A stretch of 24,960 nt of DNA from Tortispora ganteri (Eukaryota). The notes beneath the pieces were generated by a model that worked only from the letters and a program-made list of their open reading frames with translations, did no database searches and had not been told where the DNA came from. Where the stretch lies: NCBI GenBank assembly GCA_003707115.1, contig PPNB01000029.1, positions 62,001-86,960 of the forward strand, in the 5' to 3' direction. Made by a program: the position numbers and the translations under genes. Within the stretch, counting starts at the first letter, position 1; each line of letters begins with the position of its first letter. This document shows positions 9,239 through 18,220 of this stretch, piece after piece.

Positions 9239-10324
9239 TTAGTGGCTTAGAAGATGACCCATGCGCTCAATCTTGGTCTTTAAATAACCTTCGACTTCCT
9301 TCGAGCGAATGCCATCGTTTGTTGTCCTCCACGCTAGCGGCACCATAGGTACTCTTTCAACTACATTGATTTCTGAATGTTTGCCTTCAACAGCAGCGAT
9401 TTTGTCTGGGTTGTTGGTCAGAAGACGGATTTTGTCCTGGCCCAGATCTAGCAGAATCGCCGTAGCAATACTGTAAGATCGAGCGTCCGCAGGGTGCCTT
9501 AGTAGCAGGTTAGCTGTGACGGTATCTGCACCGAGATCTTGCAGATTATATGCCTTCAGCTTCTCACTCAGCCCAATGCCTCGGCCTTCTTGGCGCAAGT
9601 ACACTATAACGCCCGACCCTTCCTTTGCCATGAGTCTGGCAGCCTCATCTAGCTGTTCTCCGCAATCGCATCGCGCAGACCACGTAGTCTCTCCAGTGTA
9701 ACACTCAGAGTGTATGCGAACTAACGTATCCTTTGGTTTAGACGGGCTTGACGTCGTGGTGCGGCCAAAGCTCGAGCTGACAGTCGTGTTCGGCCCCGTA
9801 GCGTCGATCCCGCTGGTCTTGCGGCCTGGATACAGCTTGCCAGTATACGCGCCGCGAATCATGCGATCCATTTCAGTTTCATTGGGCCTAGGTTTGTCAA
9901 GACTTTTTGATCTGATGTCGTGGCCAAATACTATGGCGAGATGTTCTTTCTGGTCCATGTTGTTTCGGTACAGATGCAGGAAAATCTCGGTCCCGTTGAC
10001 TGTCGGGATTCTAGCTCTAACGACGCATTCTACCTCTGGTAGAGTGTCCAGCAGGTCTTCGCGAGGTGTTATGGGCTCAGTGACGGGGATCGATACGGGA
10101 GTTCCTTGCGCGATGAGACTGGGCGATCCTACGGGGGAAATGATGCTCGGCATCTCGCCGAGTTTGGACTCAGCATGCGTATTATTGTCGGCAGGACTCG
10201 AAGACTTGAGGACGTTCAAGTTAGCATTTGTCTGAACAGGGATGGGGCACTTGATGCTGTCGGAAGCGCCAGATTCAGTGGGACGCAGAGCGAGGTCTGC
10301 CGGTTCTGAGGTTTCGCGCGACAT
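9239..10324 (-). CDS. RIB1: GTP cyclohydrolase II (riboflavin biosynthesis)
   Basis: [28 protein letters not shown] (Zn ligands), [26 protein letters not shown] and [11 protein letters not shown]. First ATG is at 10324; the track's start at 10333 is TTG. Confidence 0.96.
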   Translation of the reverse strand: MSRETSEPADLALRPTESGASDSIKCPIPVQTNANLNVLKSSSPADNNTHAESKLGEMPSIISPVGSPSLIAQGTPVSIPVTEPITPREDLLDTLPEVECVVRARIPTVNGTEIFLHLYRNNMDQKEHLAIVFGHDIRSKSLDKPRPNETEMDRMIRGAYTGKLYPGRKTSGIDATGPNTTVSSSFGRTTTSSPSKPKDTLVRIHSECYTGETTWSARCDCGEQLDEAARLMAKEGSGVIVYLRQEGRGIGLSEKLKAYNLQDLGADTVTANLLLRHPADARSYSIATAILLDLGQDKIRLLTNNPDKIAAVEGKHSEINVVERVPMVPLAWRTTNDGIRSKEVEGYLKTKIERMGHLLSH

Positions 10325-10715
10325 GAAGGTCAATTATAGAGCGAATCGGTTAGCGTATGGGTGGTTTATCAGATGCGCAAAAGTAGATACGTGTAGAAGA
10401 GGCCAGAGGCAAAAATACCGCTTTTCAGAAGAAGGCAAAGGGCCGAGAAACAGGAGATGCGACGTATACAGACAAAAAGGATTGCAAATGTGTATGTAGA
10501 CGTATGTAGCGGTGTCAAAAATACAACTAAAGGTCCAAAAAGACAATTAGAAGAGTAAATAAACCGCAGTATATGTCTGTAATAATATAGAAATAAATGT
10601 GTCCTTTTTCCCCACTAATAACTCTCTTTTTTTTATAGTTACTCCGCAATCGGTAATTTAGTCTGGACGGCCGGAGACAGTAGGTAGCAGTAAGCAGGTA
10701 GTAGTTGTTTGGAGT

Positions 10716-10732
10716 CTTTTATACCCTAACCC
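10716..10732 (-). promoter_or_regulatory. Telomere-like TTAGGG (Tbf1-type) site overlapping a TATA box, probable RIB1 promoter
   Basis: The minus strand reads GGGTTAGGGTATAAAAG. Confidence 0.45.
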
Positions 10733-11479
10733 AAACAAATCTCTAAAACTTTACGGCTGCACCGATGGAGTCAGGTTTTGGTGCTGGTCCTAAGATAACA
10801 GCTCAAAGGGAAATTTGAATATGTTTATCGTATAGCTCAAGCTCAATGAACCAAAAATAGCTAGTGGCAAAATGCAGCGATCTCTTTAGACTACTGTTAC
10901 GGCTGAAGATTACAATACAAACATAATCCCAATTGCTCAGTTCGAGTGTGTAACTGCAACTAAACTCGTTAGTATGACATGAGACTATCGAAAACTGTAG
11001 CGGAATGATATTCTGATTTGATGGCCTGCAATGATAATAATATACTGTGGCTAATTTTGATCAGAACCGCGGTGAATTGAGCCGCCAATACGCTTGTGGG
11101 AGGACAGATTGACGTTGCGCGATCTGCCTGCTTTGGCCACCACCACATGCTATGGACCAGCTGCACTTAACATATTACTACACAAGACGCAGCCAAGTGT
11201 GAAGACCTGACTGTTTAGAATTATCAGCACGAGTCTGTATACTTTTCTACAGCGTCCACTTTAGCATAAACCCGACATTAGTGCGAGCAAAGCATAGGGT
11301 TAACAGGGCTAGATATTGACCAATAGGAAAAGCTGAATGGATGCTAGACCTTCCCCCAGGGAACACTCAACCCACCACCTCCTGCTGAACTTATCCTCGA
11401 TATAAGCCGTTCTTTAATCCAGGAACAGACCGCATTTCTGACTCACCTATAAAGGGACCATCATTGACATAGAATAAAC

Positions 11480-11968
11480 ATGACTGAAACCGCTACTGCT
11501 GCCAAAGTCCAGCCTACTGGATCTGCTGCTATATTGAACGACAAGGTAAGTTTTTGTTCCCCTCCGTGTTGCACCATTGCATGCTAGCTAAACAACGAGC
11601 CTCAGAGACGTATATCTGAGTAGCAGATACTCTATATGATATTCTGTGTTTTTTTCGACCACAATATTGTCTTTTAAGTTGTATCATCTGTGTTTATACG
11701 CATTTCTCAGGTCGCAAGCTGGACTAATGAAACTCGCTCTAAACGTGCAAAATGCTAACCTCAAATCAATTAGTGGGATGTTGTCATTTCCAATGCTTTA
11801 GTAAAAACTTCTATCGGATTTGGAACTGGTGTCCTTCTGTCCGTTGTTCTGTTCAAACGACGTGCATGGCCAGTATGGCTAGCTACTGGGTTTGGTATGG
11901 GACGTGGCTACGCTGAAGGCGATGCTATCTTCCGTACTCCTGCTGGCCTAAGAATTTCGCGTTCGTAA
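11480..11968 (+). CDS. MIC10: MICOS subunit Mic10 (Mos1), two exons: 11480-11545 and 11774-11968, 86 aa
   Basis: Spliced product [76 protein letters not shown]... has the Mic10 GxGxG helices and KRR loop. Not in the ORF track. Confidence 0.95.
11546..11773 (+). other. Spliceosomal intron of MIC10 (228 nt, phase 0)
   Basis: 5' splice site GTAAGT at 11546, branch TGCTAAC at 11753-11759, 3' splice site TAG at 11771-11773; splicing restores the conserved KWD. Confidence 0.93.
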
Positions 11969-12661
11969 AACTTGCTGCGTCTTTTGACAAATGGTAGAGC
12001 CAGAAAGCTGTACTGACTTTTCTAGCTTCCGTATACTTTGCGTGCTTGCGCTCACAATGTTGCGACCTACAATTTATCTATCGCACACGCTTCCTACCTT
12101 CTTATCTTATTCATTGCACATAGCTGGTCATGCCTTTATGTTTCGGCCTAGTTTTAGCGTTCTTTTACTGAAGTATACATAGATTGCCGTACCACAGGAA
12201 GAGCGCATAGTGTTTTTCTGCTTCCGCTACTCGTAGACCAAGACGGAGGTCACAAAACCGAGGTCTTGACCAAAACTGCGATTTTAGAAATGATCGCGTG
12301 TGTTTGCCTTTTTGCGTAATCATTGTATATTTAATAATCCGGTGATGTTTTGTTTGGTTTTTCAGATGCTCATACACCTATTTTTAAGCTTCTAGCGCCT
12401 GCCATACAGATTTACACTACACACTAAACTCCCCCACACGGTTTGTTCACCTGTGGGCAAAGAAAATAACAATTAGGGTGAAATCATATAGTTAATTATC
12501 AGATACTGCTATTTTTTTACTGCATACATTATAAGCTATACAGCTTTCATTGGCAATATACCAGCTAAGTGCGGCCTGCCTGAATATAGTGAGTTGAAAG
12601 ACACCGCTTATACCATTAAATTAACGCTCACTTTTTAGCTAATCACATATCACATCCATTA

Positions 12662-15319
12662 ATGATTCATTCGTCTATTTCTGATGCATCAAACGCGTCA
12701 GAATACAGCAAAGAACATGAAATAGTATCAGATCAAAAAGTATCGCCGACATATTACGACTCTGACATCCTCATCGCTAAACCAAATATTGATCTCCCTC
12801 TTCAAACCACTAATTCTACCAGCAACTCCTTGCTTTCAGTAGCCAAATCTTCTTCAGACATAGTACGCCAGATATCACGCACAGCATACGACTTAATAGC
12901 TAACAGACCATCTTCTGCCATACAAAGGAGTGGGCCAGTCACACATATTAATGATTCAACAGGCTCTTCTTTCTCAAAACTCTACTGTGACCAACTCGAA
13001 GACGAGCCCGATGTTTATTTACCTGGAGTTAGCGATACAACCACTAAAAATTATACTCAAACTAGTGACAGCGGTACAGACGGTTCTGTCGGCTTGCTTC
13101 AAAGCTACGGTGTAAGTGTCCCTGAGTCGCTACTAAACGGCATCAACTTCTTGCGTATTACTAGAAGAAAGAAAATGCAGCGAGTTATCTCAATAGATCC
13201 AGCAAAAGGGATGTTTCTGTGGGGAAGTAAACCGTCATCTAAACTACAGGTCGATCGTATATGCGAGATTCGCACTGCAGATGACGCTCGAAATTATCGC
13301 GAAGAATATAAAATATCCAGCGAACATTCTAAACGTTGGGTCACTATATTGTACAAATCTGGTGTCAAATTGAAGGCTTTACATTTGATAGCTCTGTCAC
13401 AGGAGTCCTTTGACCTGTTAATTAATACCTTACAGGATCTCCATCGCTACAGAATAGAAATGATGAGTGGACTGGCCATATCAGGAGACAGAGCTGCTCA
13501 GATCCAGTGGTCTCATCATGTTGTCTCGTCTGGCGGGTCAAACGCGCGTCTCTCGTTTGAAAGAGTCGAACGTCTCACTAGACAGCTCCATGTTCATTGT
13601 TCGACAGACTTTTTGCGTAAAGCGTTCATTGAAGCCGATCGCGAAAACACCGGGACCTTGGGATTTCGTGAATTTCAAACATTTGTCGGCGTTTTGAAGC
13701 GGAGGAAAGACGTGGAATGTGTCTATTCGTCTGTAGTTAGTCTGTTGTCCACTTCTCAGGAAAATGTGATGTCATTTCCGGTATTCTGCTCTTTCCTTTC
13801 CAACATTCAAAAGCAGGAACTTGATGAATGCACGGCTTCAAAGATGTTTAACAAGTTTAAGAACGAAGATGGATTTATAACTGCAGAAGGGTTTACTGAT
13901 TTTCTTACATCGTCGTATTGTGGAATATTCCTGAAAGAAAAGCCAGATATGACACATCCTTTAAACGACTACTTCATTTCATCCTCGCACAATACCTACC
14001 TTCTAGGGCGGCAGATAGCTGGCGAGTCTTCTGTAGAGGGGTATATCAGAACTTTGCAGCAAGGCTGTCGTTGCGTTGAAGTTGACTGCTGGGATGGAAA
14101 TGCGGAACCGATAGTGAACCATGGACGAAGCTTCACTTCAGAAGTGAAATTTCAGGACGTGATCTATGCTATCAGCAAATACGCCTTTATATCTTCACCA
14201 TATCCTCTAGTTATATCTTTAGAGGTTCATTGCAGTCCTGTGCAACAACTTCAAATAGTGCAAATCCTCAAACGATTTCTTGGAGATAGGCTGGTAACCT
14301 CTCCACTGCTTCCTGGATCTTTCACATTACCTAGCCCTGATGATCTGAAGCATCGCTTTCTGGTTAAAGTTAAACGAACTGATTTTCATGCACTTGGTAA
14401 AGACTCCTCGAGCTTTTCATCTACCGATTCTGCAAGCACTAATTCAGAGTCTATGAGTGAAGACAGCTTATCAACAAGCTCTTCGAGATCATCATCTAAT
14501 TCTCGGAGAAGTATTAGATCCAATTCAGGCAGGATCATTCGTGAATTAAGCGATTTAGGAGTTTATTTTGAAGGGCGAAAATTTCGAAACTTTTCACTGC
14601 CTGAATCAAAAACAATTAATCATATATTCTCATTTGGCGAACGCAGTTATGTATCTATGATCAAAGATCCAGTAAAGTGTGCGCAACTCGAGAAACACAA
14701 CGTGAAGTACATGATGCGAGTGTACCCATCTGGTTTTCGACTGACCAGCACCAATTTTAATCCAATATCTTTATGGGAACGTGGTGTTCAAATGGCCGCC
14801 ATGAACTTCCAACGGTTCGATATCGGTTTACATTTGAACGAGGCTCTTTTTGCGTCTAGTGGACGAACGGGATATGTTTTAAAACCACCACAGCTGCGCA
14901 GCATCACATCTTTGAGAGAGCTGTCTTCTCGTGCGAGTCGCAGAGATTCAAAGATGTTAGTTGTTGATATTATTTCTGCACAGCAATTGCCAGTTATTAA
15001 CAAGGACGAAAACAAAGTCGATACTTCTATTGAAGTCGAACTTATAGGTCCTTGTGGCTCATCAGAGAAGGCTAGGACAAGAAATATAAAAGCAAATGGG
15101 TTTAATCCGATATGGAATGAGCAGTTTCGCTTTATACGATCTAACTTGCTTCCTGAATTAGAATTTTTGCGATTATGCGTTTACGATGGCGACAAAAGTG
15201 TGGCAGAATTTGTGGGAAGATTAAGCCATATGCATCAAGGGTTTCGTCATGTTCCTTTGTTCGATTTACAGGGAGAACAATATATTTTCTCCACATTGTT
15301 TATTCGTATCACACGGTAA
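12662..15319 (+). CDS. PLC1: Phosphoinositide-specific phospholipase C (delta-like; PH-EF-X-Y-C2)
   Basis: X box YFISSSHNTYL and GCRCVEVDCWDG; Y box RVYPSGFR..STNFNP; C2 domain IISAQQLP and NGFNPIWNE. Confidence 0.96.
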   Translation: MIHSSISDASNASEYSKEHEIVSDQKVSPTYYDSDILIAKPNIDLPLQTTNSTSNSLLSVAKSSSDIVRQISRTAYDLIANRPSSAIQRSGPVTHINDSTGSSFSKLYCDQLEDEPDVYLPGVSDTTTKNYTQTSDSGTDGSVGLLQSYGVSVPESLLNGINFLRITRRKKMQRVISIDPAKGMFLWGSKPSSKLQVDRICEIRTADDARNYREEYKISSEHSKRWVTILYKSGVKLKALHLIALSQESFDLLINTLQDLHRYRIEMMSGLAISGDRAAQIQWSHHVVSSGGSNARLSFERVERLTRQLHVHCSTDFLRKAFIEADRENTGTLGFREFQTFVGVLKRRKDVECVYSSVVSLLSTSQENVMSFPVFCSFLSNIQKQELDECTASKMFNKFKNEDGFITAEGFTDFLTSSYCGIFLKEKPDMTHPLNDYFISSSHNTYLLGRQIAGESSVEGYIRTLQQGCRCVEVDCWDGNAEPIVNHGRSFTSEVKFQDVIYAISKYAFISSPYPLVISLEVHCSPVQQLQIVQILKRFLGDRLVTSPLLPGSFTLPSPDDLKHRFLVKVKRTDFHALGKDSSSFSSTDSASTNSESMSEDSLSTSSSRSSSNSRRSIRSNSGRIIRELSDLGVYFEGRKFRNFSLPESKTINHIFSFGERSYVSMIKDPVKCAQLEKHNVKYMMRVYPSGFRLTSTNFNPISLWERGVQMAAMNFQRFDIGLHLNEALFASSGRTGYVLKPPQLRSITSLRELSSRASRRDSKMLVVDIISAQQLPVINKDENKVDTSIEVELIGPCGSSEKARTRNIKANGFNPIWNEQFRFIRSNLLPELEFLRLCVYDGDKSVAEFVGRLSHMHQGFRHVPLFDLQGEQYIFSTLFIRITR

Positions 15320-15453
15320 AACAATTGCAGAGAAAAGAAAACAAAAAAGAAAAAATGTCTATACTACTTCTACAGCTGAAACTACACTACATTACGCACG
15401 CATGCCAATAATTGTTCTTACTGTTCATAATGTCATGACCATATATAAATTCT

Positions 15454-16314
15454 TCATAGATAATCCTTTTTATTGGCCGTACGAACATATGACCGTAACG
15501 CCCATTCCTTGTCTGCATCAATGTTGTCTATAGTGCCAAGTTTTATTTCGTAAAGCTTCATTTCAAATCGAGGTCCAACCTCTGCAAGTTCAACACCTTC
15601 TTTTGTACGAACATAGACGTGATGACGAACAGATATGAAGTCGTTGCGATTGGCAAAAGTGATAACTCTAGAGCTATCTTTCTTCACGCCTGGGGGAAAA
15701 ATGTGCTTGAGGATAGTTTCTACCCGTTTACCCAGTGGCGTAGTGAAATTTTCAAAAATCAAATGAGGGTATACTTCAGAAACAGTACCAGAATCACCTA
15801 TATCGTGTCGTAAAACAACATTGTGTAGTGAGAACGAGGCGGTGGGGCCGTGCGGGAAATGAGATATTGTGATTGCAGTGGGCACACCACGGTGTTCATG
15901 GAGAAGAACTAAGTCAGTAGTACCAGAAGATCTACAGGCACTAGCAAGACCAGTAAGCACTGTTGAGCCTCGATTAAGTCTGATTCCTGTGGGTAGCATA
16001 AGTCTGATTTCTTTAGCGAATTGGGCAAGTTTTGCGGACGGATCGCGACTCGTAGTGATGAGAACTTTCGGGTCTTGTATTCCACTAAGCGCTGCATACT
16101 CGTCATCAATCTCACTTTGAATATCGGTAACTGATTCATCGTACTTGAAGTCTTTTAGTAGCTGGTCGTCTTCAGCGATGTCTTTAGGTAAAGGTTTTCC
16201 CGCAGCGAGAGCAGCCCTGATCTTCTGTCGTTTCAATGCCAGCATCGCCTCCTTCTGTGCAAGTTGCTTCTTGTACAGATACTCACGTCTCTCTCTTATT
16301 TGTCGACGGAGCAT
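15454..16314 (-). CDS. IMP4: U3 snoRNP Brix-domain protein Imp4
   Basis: [39 protein letters not shown] and [16 protein letters not shown]. Confidence 0.97.
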   Translation of the reverse strand: MLRRQIRERREYLYKKQLAQKEAMLALKRQKIRAALAAGKPLPKDIAEDDQLLKDFKYDESVTDIQSEIDDEYAALSGIQDPKVLITTSRDPSAKLAQFAKEIRLMLPTGIRLNRGSTVLTGLASACRSSGTTDLVLLHEHRGVPTAITISHFPHGPTASFSLHNVVLRHDIGDSGTVSEVYPHLIFENFTTPLGKRVETILKHIFPPGVKKDSSRVITFANRNDFISVRHHVYVRTKEGVELAEVGPRFEMKLYEIKLGTIDNIDADKEWALRSYVRTANKKDYL

Positions 16315-16440
16315 TTTGTATATTTTTATGCAACAGCAATAGGTTTATTGCAGTAGAAAGGATCAGCAGAGTCAGCAGTCAAGTATATATATATATAATT
16401 ATAGATATATGATGGTAATAAAATGTCCCAAAATTGCACC

Positions 16441-16462
16441 AAAATTTTCAAGGTTAGGGTAT
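16441..16462. promoter_or_regulatory. RRPE element adjacent to a TTAGGG site in the IMP4/YPL225W divergent promoter
   Basis: AAAATTTTCA at 16441-16450 (reverse complement TGAAAATTTT), followed by GGTTAGGGTAT at 16452-16462. Confidence 0.6.
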
Positions 16463-16601
16463 TGAAAAATACAAAATAATGGTTTTAACTGGCAGCTATC
16501 GACAGAACTTACAAACGACAGTGGCAGGTAACGGCACAAGTTTCTTGTTTATTTATTGTGATTGGCTGTAAAGACGCATTGCGAGTGTTCTGAAAGGATT
16601 A

Positions 16602-17072
16602 ATGTCATCGCAAATAACGGTGCCGGCGGATTTCGATCCCGAGAATGCACAAAACATCGAAGATCTCGAGAAGCAATTTGCAGTTAAAGCTGTTTTACAT
16701 GCGCAAACGTTCTGGAACTTGCTTGAAAAGAAAAAAGGATCTGAAATGAAGCTTACTAAAATGGATGACCAATTGCTAGATGATTTTATTAAGACTTTCC
16801 CCAAGTATGCGGACCCGAAAGAGTTGTCGAATATTAATGAAGACGAAATGAAGTCGCCCGAAGGTAAGAAACAATGGAGAGAGTTTATGAATCGTTATGA
16901 AAAGACATTAAATGACTATAATTTTGGTACTTTATTACGGAAAAGTGCTAGTGATGAATATGCTGAAGAGACTACTATCTTTGTTCCGAGAGTGCAGTTC
17001 TTAGTATTTGAGATCGCCAGAAACAGGCACGGACTTAACGACTGGATTTATGAGCAAGCCCATAAGCAATAG
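16602..17072 (+). CDS. YPL225W/PBDC1-family protein (eEF1A folding chaperone family)
   Basis: EDLEKQFAVKAV, MKLTKMDD, MKSPEGKKQWREF, DYNFGTLLR and PRVQFLVFEIARNRHGLND. Confidence 0.88.
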   Translation: MSSQITVPADFDPENAQNIEDLEKQFAVKAVLHAQTFWNLLEKKKGSEMKLTKMDDQLLDDFIKTFPKYADPKELSNINEDEMKSPEGKKQWREFMNRYEKTLNDYNFGTLLRKSASDEYAEETTIFVPRVQFLVFEIARNRHGLNDWIYEQAHKQ

Positions 17073-17126
17073 TTGAAGTGGTAATTTGTACCAGATTGAT
17101 AGTAGGTTATAAATGATACATGTACG

Positions 17127-17179
17127 TTCATGATTCATGGTTCATGATACATGGTTCATGATTCATCGTTCATCGTTCA
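17127..17179. repeat. 7-bp minisatellite (TTCATGR/TTCATCG), about 7.5 copies
   Basis: ttcatga ttcatgg ttcatga tacatgg ttcatga ttcatcg ttcatcg ttca. Confidence 0.85.
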
Positions 17180-17348
17180 ATACTCAACGCTTACTGCTTG
17201 TTGTTTATTTATACTACAGTATGGTCTTACAAACACTGAATTATTGTAATTTATTTGCTATAGTATTGTTTATTATATAGGTAATTATGTTGTTTGTCAT
17301 AGAACAAAATATAGGAATAGAACCCGAAGGCAATTTAGACTTCGACGT

Positions 17349-18020
17349 ATGAGTTCAAGAATCACTATTATTGGTGGCCACGGCAAAATTGCTCGGATTT
17401 TGACTCCTCTGCTAGTCAAAAGAGGCGTTCAGGTAAACAATGTCATTAGGAGATCAGAACAAATAACTGCTATTAAGGCATTAGGGGGCAATCCTGTATT
17501 GTTTGACGTGGAGAATAAGTCAAGTGAAGATCTGCAGGATATCATTCGCGGATCAGATGCACTTATTTTCGCCGCTGGCGCTGGAGGTGGGTCTACAAAG
17601 GAAGCAAAGCATACAATTGACTACGGTTGTTCAGTAAAAGCGGTAGATGCATGTAAAGCGACTGGAATCAAGCGATTTGTCCAAATATCGTTCATCGGTG
17701 TGGAGAACGAAGGTAATCCAGAGATCGAAGGCGAGATATTCCATGCATACCGTGTAGCTAAAAGACAGGCAGATCATTATCTGCGAGAAACTAATTTAGA
17801 ATGGACAGTAGTACGCCCGGGCCGTCTTACCGATGACAAAGGTGACAACGCCGTTATTCTGGGGTACGATCTAACGGGCCAGACGGGCAGTGTGAAACGC
17901 GCGAACGTTGCATTTCTAATAGATGCAGTTTTACAGAACAACAAAACTATTCACAAGAATATAGATGTTCTGGATGGATCTGATCCGGTCGAAGATGCGC
18001 TTGCTGAGCTCTTGAAGTAG
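17349..18020 (+). CDS. NAD(P)-binding Rossmann-fold protein, atypical SDR (YMR090W/YhfK-like)
   Basis: IIGGHGKIA, DALIFAAGAGG, GIKRFVQIS, YxxxK (YRVAK) and WTVVRPGRLTD. Confidence 0.88.
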   Translation: MSSRITIIGGHGKIARILTPLLVKRGVQVNNVIRRSEQITAIKALGGNPVLFDVENKSSEDLQDIIRGSDALIFAAGAGGGSTKEAKHTIDYGCSVKAVDACKATGIKRFVQISFIGVENEGNPEIEGEIFHAYRVAKRQADHYLRETNLEWTVVRPGRLTDDKGDNAVILGYDLTGQTGSVKRANVAFLIDAVLQNNKTIHKNIDVLDGSDPVEDALAELLK

Positions 18021-18220
18021 ACGCTACTATTACTAAGTACATATATCAAAACAAAGCATTTATTCGGTTATTTAAGTTATTTATTAATATATACTGACCC
18101 GATAGTTGTACGGATTTTTGTATAAAAAATCACAGATTTGGTTAAAAGGCCAGACGGTATCGTTGACCGCGTATATTTCTTTTATTTTTTTCATTTGTTG
18201 TTCATCCTATGCTTTCACTC

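Noticed and set aside
10109..10116. PAC motif GCGATGAG (also CTCATCGC near 3717 and 12770)
   Set aside because: The copies I saw lie inside coding sequence, not promoters.
9714..10235. Long antisense ORFs (173 aa here; also 1588-2187, 2707-3177, 6820-7194, 18489-19070)
   Set aside because: They mirror well-supported genes on the opposite strand and show no recognisable motifs.
10721..11060. CCCTAACCC as a telomerase RNA template with a downstream Sm-like AATTTTG
   Set aside because: I could not find a convincing pseudoknot or CR4/5-like element. The same 11-mer occurs in another promoter and overlaps a TATA box, so a DNA-binding site is more parsimonious.
11701..11716. CAG|GT inside the MIC10 intron as a recursive or stwintron splice site
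   Set aside because: GTCGCA is a poor donor and there is no suitably placed branch point upstream of the CAG.
11615..11735. CTGAGTA / CTAATGA / GAAAC as a hammerhead ribozyme or SECIS core
   Set aside because: The required stems and core spacing are absent; the peroxidase in this window also uses Cys, not UGA.
11991..12377. Small ORFs and short hairpins between MIC10 and PLC1
   Set aside because: No recognisable homology or ncRNA boxes; consistent with 3' UTR and promoter sequence.
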